Assembly (NCBI GenBank): GCA_051313645.2
Contig: JBNRSN020000011.1
Span: forward strand, 37,758,001-37,822,000
Length of the DNA: 64,000 nt
Direction of reading: 5' to 3'
Origin: Centroscyllium fabricii
Lineage: Eukaryota
The translations under genes and the position numbers were made by a program. Positions 11,481 through 22,374 of this stretch are shown here, in pieces. Positions within the stretch are counted from its first letter, which is position 1; the number at the start of each line of letters is the position of its first letter. The notes beneath the pieces were generated by a model that was not told the origin of the DNA, ran no database searches, and saw only the letters and a program-made list of their open reading frames with translations.

Positions 11481-12519
11481 TGTTTAATCGTAATGTTTAA
11501 TCACTGTCTGATGTTGATCGCCACAGAATCCATATCAACATCCTGTAATTATGGTTTAGACTGGTTTCTAAATGGTTTTCCCTGCCCCTCCCTAAGGATC
11601 TAAATACTGCAACCATAGGTTTTCTGACTGCAGTTACTAGTAGTTTACTTGGAACTAAGATAATACAATACAAACCATTTTCTGGGTATAATGTGAGATG
11701 GCACAGTTGGATGCACATTAAGCAGAAAATTGTTCACAGATGCTGCAGAATTTACGGTTTCTGGGACATGCAAAAACTGCTAGAGTGCAATGAGAATAAT
11801 GCTGAACTGATTTTCAGTGATCAGTCATTTAAATGGGCATTTTCCTCAACATGTTTCTGAAGGTTGTCAAGGTGATTTTCCAGAAGTAGATTTATCTGTA
11901 TTGAAGCAGTGATTCACTAATCTGGTCCCATCTGCAAGGTACTGTTTTACAGCCAGGTGAATCATATTTTTAAAAACTTTGTTGTTATTTCTGGCCTGTT
12001 GTCTCAATTTTGCTAGTTTGGTTTTCCTGGAAACTGATATGTCACCTAGTGTGAGGTTGGGCCCGAACATGATTTTTGCATTTACTATGTGATTGCGGTG
12101 GGAACAGAGGTGTCTTGGTTCTAAAACAATTACAATGAGCTGGATACGGGAAGCTCCTGCATCAGTTGCTACAAAACAGGCTGTGGCTTGTTGAGCTCTT
12201 GTTGTTGATTCTAGTTTGGATTCAAATCCCATAATTGCAGTATCATTGGTTGAATTGGGTGTTCAGTCATTGGGCTGCACTGAAACCTAGGAAATAGCAG
12301 GAAAACATAAATTGAGGGTTTTTTTCCCACTTTTTTTTATGATAGAGAAATATCCAGAGTGGCGAATGGGAAGTGAGAGGTCACACATTTAAATCCAGCA
12401 CTGAGATTGGGGAGAGGTTGGATAAAACTTTTTTGCAGAGTTGTTGGAATATAGTGTTGTCTTGTCACGGGGGGAGTAGAGGTAGTGATCACTGCATCTT
12501 TTAAGGGGAAAAATAAATG

Positions 12520-14348
12520 CAGATTGTGCACCGTTAATTCGGCATGGGCGGGACTAGGCCTGCGCCGGTATACCGAAAAAAAACCGGGAGAATGAAGCTG
12601 GCCAGTGCGCGCGCACCATTCAAAATGGTCGCGTGCATGCGCAGATCATTCAAAACTTCGGCGACCATTTTGAATGATCTGCGCATGCGCATGTCTTGGG
12701 AAGGGAGCAGGCGGAGCGAGTGATTCCTTTTAATTAAATAAAGCCAGAAAGCGCCCATTAATTCGGGGGAGGGGCGGAATCAATCGATCGGTTCGGCAGT
12801 AAAGGGTTTGGGGATTGATTTAGTCGATTGCTCGCAGACACAGAGAGTGATCACAGGAGGAGAGAAATGAGCAGATGGAAAACAAGTTTCCCGACCAGTA
12901 AATTCAGGGGGGTTTGCGGCTCTGAGCGAGGCACCGGGAGACCCGCTTCCTCCAGGACGCACGGGACAGAAACAACTAATGACATTAAACTCTTTCAACA
13001 CCACTCACTCTCTCTCTCCCCTCCTTGAACAACACATGAAACGGATTCGCTCCAGTTCACTGTGTGAATATCTGTCTTCCAACTTGGACATTTCACCCAA
13101 CAGCGGCGCGGGTACAAGGAGAATGTGGAAGTCAGAATTTAACATCAATGATGAGGGCGGCACGGTGGCTCAGTGGTTAGCACTGTTGCCTCACAGCACT
13201 GGAGACCCGGGTTCAAATCCAGCCTCGGGTACTATCTGTGTGGAGTTTGCACATTATCCCTGTGTCTGCGTGGGTTTCCTCCGGGTGCTCCGGTTTCCTC
13301 CCACAGTCCAAAGATGTGCGTGTTAGGTTGATTGGCCATGATAAATTGACCCTTAGTGTTAGGGGGATTGCATATGTGGGGTTACGGGGATAGGGTGGGA
13401 TATGTGTTGATGCAGGCTCGATAGGGATCGAGGGAATATGGGGAGAGGGCAGGGGCGGGATACTGGGTTTGGATGATCAGCCATGATCTCGTTGAATGGC
13501 GGAGCAGGCTCGAAGGGCCGAATGACCTACTCCTGCTCCTAGTTTCTATGTTTCTAATGAAACACCAAACACACATCAGCGATTCCCTGTTTGACAGGGA
13601 CTCTCTGTGTTGGGAAGCGCTGTGATGTGGCTGTGAGACCAGGTTATTTATGGAAACGGCCTCTGACTCTCGGCGAGGGCAGGCGGGCCACCCGTTTGCC
13701 TTCAGGTCTCGGGTGGGGCGGGGTTTTTAATCCCCTCTCCCGCCCAGTGCACTTACATCCCCAAACAACAAATGAACAGAAAATAGTTAAATATGAAAAT
13801 AATCCTGGCTCAGGTGAAGGGGAGAGGTGCCAGAGAGCCGCTTCTAAATCACAGATCCCAGCCAGTGACCCTGGGCCAGATCCTGGCTAGAGTTTAACCC
13901 CGAGACTGACTGAGGTGACACTGAATTTGAACATTTTTCTTTTACTGATTCATTGCTATTCATTCTCACTTGCGTTCCTCTCCAATCTCCTCATTCTCCA
14001 TCTGTACACTTTCTGTTTCCCCATGTCCCCCTCTCTCTCTCGTTTCTCTGTCTTTCTTTACCTCCCCGTTTCTCTTAAATCACGCTCTCTCGTCTATTTT
14101 CCAATCTCTGGTGTCTCTTCCTAGTCTTTCCAGTGTCTCTTCTAATCACTCCAAACACTTTATCCAAGCTCTCTCTCTCTTTCCCAGAGGCTCCCGCCTT
14201 CCCTCCAGTTCGGCGGCACATGCGCAGATCATTCGCCAAAGCGTTAATCGGTGGCCATTTTGCGCCTGCGCAGGGCATTCGGGGCAATTTGTTCTGGAAG
14301 ACTGAAGCTGCCGGCTTATCGGGTAACGGATTAATGGTGCACAACCTG
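12520..14348. mobile_element. Non-autonomous TIR DNA transposon (Tc1/mariner-pogo type), copy A
   Basis: TIRs CAGATTGTGCACCGTTAAT ... ATTAATGGTGCACAACCTG then TA; subterminal regions are the reverse complement of those of 21623-22374. Confidence 0.85.
13155..13555 (+). mobile_element. HE1-like V-SINE (long tail) nested in TIR element A
   Basis: Near-identical to 9161-9608 and 42541-42955. Confidence 0.93.
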
Positions 14349-15232
14349 TAAAGCTTTGAAGCAGCGGAAGACACGGGGCTATGTGGGGAAAGCAAAGCAC
14401 TGCGATTAGTGCTGAATCATTCCAACAGAGCCAGCACAAGCATGATGGGCCAAATGGATGTCATCTTCTGTGCTATAAACTTTGATTCTACATTTGAAAT
14501 ATTTGGGTCTCAACCAATTGATCATCTCTGCCATATCTGATTTGCTAAACTTAAAAAAATACTTTGCGCAAAATATTTACGGATTGATTACTAACACTTG
14601 TTGGACTGGTTACGCTCACAATGCGTAGCAACAGAGAGAATTAAATCAGGGATGTTTATTTAGATTCAGAGTATCTACTTAAATGTTTCAGCTTCAGGAA
14701 TCGGTTACAAGTTAAGATCAGATATACACTGATCTGGAATAGTTTATCATAACTACCCTGATATTACAAACTCTTATGATTTGAAGATCATTCAGTGCTG
14801 CACCACATTACCTTTCCACATTGTACTGAGGACACGGAGTGGAGACGACTAACACTACGAATTCGGGACCGTGCTTTAAACAAACTGAAGACCGGAAACA
14901 TCCACCCAGCGTTCTGTTTGTACTGCGATCATTTTTGATCATCAGTGAGAGGAAACGTTGCTCCTTCTAGTGGTCCGGGACCCTGACTCGGTGTAATCTT
15001 TCACCTTGTGATCTGAATGACAGTGTGCTGGAGTGCCATATTCAAATGCAGCTTTTTAACACCGCTTATCTACTGCTTACAGAAGAAAATCAGTTGGTGT
15101 TAAAATGAGTCATACATTTAAGTCTGCTTGGGCTTCCTGCCTACTATGCCTACAATATCAATTGTAAATGAGAATAAATATTATGTAAACCTGTGTACAC
15201 AATGAAGGGTTTCCATGATGGCTAATAATACC

Positions 15233-16900
15233 ACCTACAACTTTAATTTTTATATAATGCCTTTAACATAGGAAAATATCCCAAGGTGCTTCAGAAATAA
15301 ATTGACACTGAGCCAGAGGTGGAGATGCTGGGAATGGTGACTGAAAGCCTGGTCAAAGAGGACTTATGGGAGGATCTTAAAAGAGAAGAGGATTCGGGAG
15401 GAAATTTGTGTTTCAGGCCTGGATGGCTGAAGGCACAGCTGCCAATGGTGGGTCAAAGGAGCTGGTAGATGTGCAAGAGGACAGAGTTCAAGGAATGCAG
15501 AATTCTTAGAGGGTTGTAGGGCTGGAGGAGATGAGGGAGGGGTGAGGACATGAAGGATTTGAGCCTGAGAATGAGCATTTTATATTGGAGGCATTGGTGC
15601 ACGGTTTAAGATGATCAATGTTCGAGGTAGGTGTAGGTGTTTTTTGTGATTGATTCAGAATCTCTGCTTGGGGCCAAGGTTGTGAACCGTCTGGTTCAAC
15701 CTGAGCAGGGGATGGAATCAATGGTGAGGAAATTAGTTTCTGGGGATTCAAAGGCAATGGCTTTGGTCTTCTCGATGTTTAATTGGCGGTTGCGGCTCCT
15801 CCAGTACTGTATATTCTACAAGCATGGGGAGAACACTGTTGCACTGAAGGGGTCAGGAGAGGTGGTAGTGAGGTAGAGATGGGTGTTGTCAGCATACACG
15901 CTGAATCTCGCAAGATGTTGCTGAGGAGAAGAATGTAGATGAAAAATAGGAGGAGGCCAAGCATAGATCCGTGGGAACTTTCGAGATCACGATGCGGGAG
16001 CAGGAAGAGAAGACCTTGCAAGAGGTTCTCTGGCTATGACTGGAGATAGGTAAGACAGCCCCACTCAGCTGGAAAATTGAGCGGCTTTGGAGGAATATGG
16101 TGTGGTTGACTGTCGATGGCTGCATGGAGGTTGAGAAGGGTGAGAGGTGGCTTACCATGGTCACAGTCACACAGGATAGAATTTGTGACTTTGATTAGGG
16201 CAGTGGCAGAGTAGGAAATCTGATTGTAGAGGTTCAAACATGGATTTGCGGGAAAGCTGGGCAGGGATTTGGGAGGCGATGACGGTCAACGAGTTTGGAT
16301 AGGAAAGGGAAATTGGGTGATGGTTTTCAAGGACCGAGGGGTCAAGGGTGTTTTTTTTGAGAAGGGGATGATGGTGGTTTTGAAAGGGCAGTACCTGAGA
16401 AAGAAAAAGGTGTGTTTACAATATCCGCTCGCATGGCGGCTAGGAAGAATAGGGAAGCGAAGTGAGATGGAAAGGTTGATGTATATGGTGGCCATGTATG
16501 TGGGTAGGATAGTTTATATTGAGGGAGAGGTTGAGGGAGGGACTGTGCGGGTAGGAGGGCAGTTGAAAATTGATATCGCCGACAATGAGGAGTCAGTCGC
16601 ACAATGCTTAGGGGTTGTAACACAATGAGCTGATCAGAGAAGGTGCTAGTGGAGTAGGGCGAGAGACGAAGGTGAGAATTGGTGATGAGGGCCATGCCAC
16701 CATGGTGGTTTGGGGTGGGGCAGGTGGTGGAAGGTGTAGTCAGGTGGGGAGGCATCAAAAAGGGGCAAAGTATCGTCACCCGTAAGCCAATTTTCCATCA
16801 AGGCAGTGAAGTCAATCATCTGCAATAAGGGCGTGGATGGCAAGGGCCTTGTTCGTAAGTGAACGGACATTGTAGAGGGAGATGTGGGGAGGGGCCGGAT
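15233..16900 (-). mobile_element. Degenerate L2-type LINE
   Basis: Minus-strand remnants of endonuclease (MENWLTGDD...PPDYTFHHLP) and RT (TALIKVTN.IL, LGLLLFFIYI); L2-type 3' tail near 15240-15300. Confidence 0.75.
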
Positions 16901-17594
16901 AGTTGATCCGCTGAGTTCAAGGAGTCAGCGGTGGGAGGGGTGAGCAGGACAGGAATAACATGAGCTCTTTATGAAATTGTGTTGTAATATATTTATTTCA
17001 AAGGAAAAATAGCATTTACGGTGATTTAAAAAAAAAGACACTTGACTCCTTTACCAGTTAATGGGGTTTGATCAATTCATTGCAACATTCTTTCAAGTCT
17101 GTGACATTTAATGTCCTGTAAGCTCTGTAGTTCCAAGACTGGCATTTTATAGCACATCTTCTACTAGTCTTGAACTTTCAAATGGAATTATAGCATTCTG
17201 GAGTGTAACTAAAATGTGCATAAAAATTGAAGTAACTATTAAATCTGTGCTTAATTGCCATAATTGAAATGGCTAGCCCCTCGCCAGCACTGGGAAGGCT
17301 GGTATTGGTTTGTTTTTGAAAACTTCCACATACTGAACAACATTGCCAGTTATGAGGCTGTATACAAAAAATATTTAACACAATTGTGCTTGTTTATGGA
17401 TAATGTGTGAAACAGAGGTTATGCGCTTGTGTGTGCCTGCCAATGAATTCAAATGCATTCACTTCAATTACATTGTTTTAACCAACAAAAACTTCTGTAT
17501 GTGTAAAACCATTTTTATATTTGGTAGATGCAAGTTGATGGTGCTTTGAGCCAAACTAATTACTGTAGAAACATGTGATGCTTTATGCTCATTA

Positions 17595-18324
17595 TGCCCT
17601 AGTTTCACTGGAGGCTACGAATTCCCGAATCGTGCCGATTGTGAAATTTGGCCGATTCGTGGGTCATTCTTGCAATTCGTAGTGGATTCGTAGTAGATTC
17701 GTAGTGGATTCGTAGCGGAATCGTAGAGTTCGCGGTAGTTCGCGGGAGTTCTTTGAGTTTTAAAGAAAGTTTTTGTTTGTCAAAAAATTTCGTAGGAGGG
17801 TTCACGAATTTCCAATTCGTGATAGATTCGTAAACAATTCGTGACCCATTCTTACCGTTCGTGACCCTTTCTTACCGTTCGTAACTGATTCGTAGTGGAT
17901 TCGTGGTGCATTCTTGACTATTCTTGGGCATTCTTGATTTTTTCAAAATCAGGAATGCACCACGAATGCACCACGAATGCACCACGATTGTCCACGAATG
18001 TCCACGAATGCACTACGAATGCAATTCGTAGATAATTCGTAGCTAATTCGTAGAATTCGTAACTAATTCGTGGAGTTCGTAGTGGATTCTTAATTAATTC
18101 TTGCAATTCGTGGTGGATTCGTGAGTGATTCGTACCTCATTCGTAAAATAATTCGTGATAGATTCGTAACCTTGTCCAGAATCGCCAAGAATTCACCAAG
18201 AATCGCCAAGAATCAACCAAGATTTTTCGCATTTCTTGCAGAATCGCCAAGAATCGCCAAGAATTTCGATTCTTGACGATTCTTGGGATTCTTGGCATTC
18301 TTAGCCTCCAGTGAAACTAGGGCA
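17595..18324. mobile_element. PIF/Harbinger-type MITE built of ATTCGT/ATTCTT repeats
   Basis: Perfect 23-bp TIR TGCCCTAGTTTCACTGGAGGCTA; 3-bp TTA TSD (17592-17594 / 18325-18327). Confidence 0.88.
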
Positions 18325-18396
18325 TTACATCCATTTTTGTTGGGGGCCTGCAAAAGCTGTCTTGTGCTTGAGAGAGGAGATAAACAAGATCCTCAA

Positions 18397-18639
18397 TTGC
18401 AAGAAGTCACACAACACCAGGTTATAGTCCAACAGTTTTATTTTAAATCACAAGATTTCGGAGCTTCTGCCCCTTCGTCAGGTGAAAGAGAGACTGGTAA
18501 AATGCCAGTCTCTCTTTCACCTGACGAAGGAGCAACGATCCGAAAGCTTGTGATTTAAAATAAAACTGTTGGACTATAACCTGGTGTTGTGTGACTTCTT
18601 GCAATTGTCCACCCCAGTCCAACACCGGCACCTCCACAT
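18397..18639 (+). mobile_element. Penelope-like element remnant: inverted pLTR pair (fold-back) with hammerhead motifs
   Basis: About 104-bp inverted arms around a 7-nt loop (18498-18504); tail CCCCAGTCCAACACCGGCACCTCCACAT; TSD CAAGAT(C/A)CTCAA at 18385-18396 / 18640-18651. Confidence 0.9.
18517..18553 (+). ncRNA. Minimal type I hammerhead ribozyme motif
   Basis: UCAC-CUGACGA-A-GGAGC(AAC)GAUCC-GAAA-GC-UU-GUGA: catalytic core, stem I UCAC/GUGA, stem II with one mismatch. Confidence 0.7.
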
Positions 18640-20293
18640 CAAGATACTCAAAGCAGTGGTGACAATTTATCAAATGTTTATCTCTGCATCTGTCTTGTCT
18701 TCAATGCCACAGAAAAAGGCTGTGCATCTCAATGTCACTGTGCGTTTAGGCCCAGATACAGATTGGGGTTTCCATGGAAACGTTAGCATTGTCTGATGAT
18801 GATGATATGCTGCTTGGGAGATTTACAAAAGAGTCTGAGTGCAGTGAAAGGGTTCGTAACCTTTTCAATGGAGCTGAATTTGTACGGTATTCTTAGATGG
18901 GTTTTTTATGCTTCTAATCCTTGTAGGGAATTTGTGATTTAATATTTAAACCCTTAAGTACTTTTTGATATTAATGCTTTTGCTGAAGTAGAGGAGGATT
19001 TTTTTTATTGACAACAGCCAGAATTCCAAGTTTTTGCTTGAAGTAGCTGTGCTAACTGATGGCTCAGTATCATCTGAGTACCAGTACTGGAGATAAAATG
19101 TGATAAATAGTCCATCTTTTGAGCATTTGCCAGTTTATAAATGTGCAGAATCTAGTTAGAGGAAACCTCCTTCATTAGATGAGCCTGCTGGGAGCCATGT
19201 CAACAAACGAGTGTATTTAACGATTGATTACTGCCATCTCTATTACAAAGTGCAGTCATATGGTTAGGCTTCAATTCACCCCACCCCCCTGCCCTGGCTT
19301 GGTGTTTTCTGCTGTAGTAATGGGGAAGGTCGCATGCAAGCATCTTGGCAGCTGAACAACTACTTTTTTTGTATGTCACTTGTAAATATTTATCCTGCTG
19401 TGGAAGTTTTACTAATATGGGTTGTTCCCCCCCCCCCCCCCCCCCCATGTATTGTAAATGGCGATGATCTTCAGTGTGGCTTTTACTTGGCCTCACTGGT
19501 GCTAGAGAGTGGGTGTGGGGAAAGGGAAAGGAATCGAAAGTTAATTGATGTGAAAAATGCTGCAACCCAAAGCGTTTTAAGGACTTCCCCTAACTTTACG
19601 TGCCTGCCATAATCCTGCGAGTACATTGGCATCATATCAATGGCACTTTTGGTTTGTGAAATGCAGAGTGAAAGGGGCTGTGTGAGCAGAAAGTTCCCTT
19701 TAAAAAATTTTTTGAGGTGCTTCACATTTGCTTACAGTATGTTTGGCTGGAAGGTTTATATTATACTTCTCTGTAGATATTTTCCTTTGTTAAATGACAA
19801 CTGTTTTCGTGCAGTGTGGATGTCTCAATTGCGTTGGCCTGATTTTAATTATTCATACAAGTCTGCACAAGCAGATGATGTTGCCTGAAAACCCGCCCCT
19901 CTCCACTACTCCTTCCCTTTGTTCCAATGCTGGCAAAACTGTCTTTCTCTTTAGCACCTGGTTCCCAAGTGGCTGGGGTTCAATCTTGCTTCTGAAGTTT
20001 TATGTAGACACGAGGAGCATGAGAAGGAGACAGGCTGTTGTGTGGCCGGAACAGCAAAGTTGACAATTTTGTGTGGGGGGCAGGAGTGGACAGAGACATT
20101 GGAAGTAAAGGTTTAAGTTCAGGGACGCAAACAGGAAAGTGTTGCATCACACGTAGTGGGAGGAGTTGCAGCTGAACTCTGTGCCAGAAATGCACTCGTT
20201 CCAAAGCTAAGCAGCGCAGTAACTTAGTAGAGTGTGTGACAGGATTGCTAAAACTTCAGATCAAAGTGCTTATGGATCTCTCGAGCCAGCATC

Positions 20294-20338
20294 ATGAAAA
20301 GGAAGATACGAATGCGGTTACCTTGGAAGCCTAAAATG
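20294..20338 (+). CDS. RGL1: RGL1 first coding exon (MKRKIRMRLPWKPKM; second ATG at 20312)
   Basis: MRLPWKPKM resembles the mammalian RGL1 N-terminus MKLLWQAKM (recalled); ATG|GTACAG donor, phase 0. Confidence 0.8.
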
Positions 20339-21330
20339 GTACAGTTGGTTATGCTTTTCTTTGTGATCCATTTAAGCAGTGGGTCTGAGGGAACGGGAGC
20401 CAAAGCTTTTGTAGCTAACATTCCTTATCACTGAATATGTTGTCCTTAGTGTAGTGGGGTGTCTGACAAGTATTGTGTTGTGCTTCTTGCTGCCTAATAA
20501 ACTTAAATGGAATTGATATTCCAAGTTTTTTTTCATGCTTGATCTTCAAATAAAAATCCTTTGTGATCTCATGGGATCCTTAGTAAAGTGTGGGTTTTGA
20601 TTTTTTTAAATTGATTCTTACTGTGCCAACAGCAATTAGGCTTAATTTGGTTATGGCCAAAGGGGAAATTGAAACAAAAGATTTGCAACATGTTTACTCG
20701 CAGTAAAATGCTGCTGTTTCTAACGTTCATTCGTTACCAATATTAAATCAAGGGTGAGCCCTCAGGCTGTCCCTGCCTATTTGTCAGAAAGATGCCAGGG
20801 ATATGGGCGGAGAAGAGGAATGGACATTTTCTCTCCCTGGCATATACTGTATATTGATTCATGTATGTGGTATGGGTAACATTAACTCCATATCATCGTA
20901 TCTCAATTAATCAGTTTTAAAAACTGATGTGCTGAGTTGTACTGTTACTAAAACTGGAAACTTGCATTTTTCAACCTCCATTTACTGAGAGAATTCTGCG
21001 TTGTGCATGTCAGAAATATCAGCATGGCAACTGTGAAATGTTTTTTAGTTCAAACTTTGAAATGGGGGGAATTTGCATTTCTTGACAATTCAACAAATGT
21101 TGCAAAGTCTCCTTGAAGTACTTGGGAATTCCCCGTGAGCATTGCTGCAGAATATTTTTAGTACCAATATTTGAGAGCGGTATGCATAGTAAGTAGGCCG
21201 AGCTTCCCCAACTCTTCCTGCAGGGGTCCACAATTAGATGTAACACTGTATTTACATTCTAACTGCCTGCAAAATTTCAGCAACTTCTCCAGAGGGATTT
21301 ACTCTTTTTTTTGGTTTGGTTTTTCTACAG

Positions 21331-21444
21331 CACAGTTCAGTCCAAGACTGGGGAGAAGAGGTAGAGGAAGGAGCTGTTTATAATGTTACCTTGAAAAAAG
21401 TTCAGATCCAACAAGCAGCCAACAAGGGTGCAAGATGGTTGGGG
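21331..21444 (+). CDS. RGL1: RGL1 exon 2
   Basis: Pyrimidine tract plus CAG; HSSVQDWGEEVEEGAVYNVTLKKVQIQQAANKGARWLG; GTGAGT donor; 114 nt, phase 0/0. Confidence 0.96.
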
Positions 21445-21622
21445 GTGAGTACTGTATAATATAGATTTTATCTAGAACTAACGGAAGGAAAACCAAACTG
21501 GAGCAAGATGCAACATCAAATATTAGCAATAAAATTGAAGATTTCCCATCTTCGGTAGGTGCTGTAAATGTGCTTGTTTTAGTCTTGTTGATCAGTTATT
21601 TAAACTTGACCATAATCCGGTA

Positions 21623-22374
21623 CAGGTTGTGCACCGAAAATCCGTGACCCGAAACGCCGGCAGCTTCAGTCTGCCGGAACAAATTGCCCCGACTGCACTG
21701 CGCATGCGCAAGATGGCAGCCGCGATCGCGGCTTCGGCGAATGATCTGCGCATGCGCAGATCATTCGCCAAAGCCTCTATCGCAGCGGCTATTTTGCGCA
21801 TGCGCATGGCAGCCGGAGCGAGCAGACAGACAGGAGAGGACAAGCGAGAGAGAGCAGCAGAGCCTACTCCAGCCTTTGATCCAGGCACATTCACACTCGA
21901 TGGTTTCAGGAGACGCCGGCACCATGGAAGGCAGGGGGCTCGGGAGGCCGAGAGTTCCGGTGCCTCGGAGTCGCTGGGAGACGAGGAGGAGAAGGAGGAG
22001 GCCTTCTCCAACCTGTCTGATGAGGAGCAGATGCTCCACATCGGTGTTTACCGCGCGCCCTCAACTGCGCTTGAAACGGGGACAGGTCTCGCCTGGCTGG
22101 CGTTGATTGGGTGGTGGCAGGAGGTTTTTGATTGGTGGAGCAGCCTGTCAGTCCCGTGGCTGGGGGGGAACAGGAGGCTTACGATTGGTGAAGCAGCCTG
22201 TCCATCCTGTGGCAAGCAGAGGGAGGCGATTTTGCAATTGCAATTTTATGCGCATGCGCACGGCCATTTTGAATGGTGCGAGCATACGCACTGGCCAGCT
22301 TCATTCTTCCGTTTTTTTCACAAAACCGGCCCGGGCCTAGTCCCGCCCGTGCCGGTATAACGGTGCACAACCTG
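21623..22374. mobile_element. Non-autonomous TIR DNA transposon (Tc1/mariner-pogo type), copy B, CpG-rich
   Basis: TA|CAGGTTGTGCACCG ... CGGTGCACAACCTG|TA; perfect 14-bp TIR with TA TSD. Confidence 0.9.

Noticed and set aside
17595-18324. CRISPR-like or satellite reading of the ATTCGT repeats
   Set aside because: No constant repeat with unique spacers; eukaryotic context; bounded by TIRs and a TTA TSD.
21629-22360. 243-aa ORF spanning TIR element B
   Set aside because: Starts at GTG inside the TIR; the repeated LRMR peptides just translate the TGCGCATGCGCA palindromes; several frames are open because of high GC.
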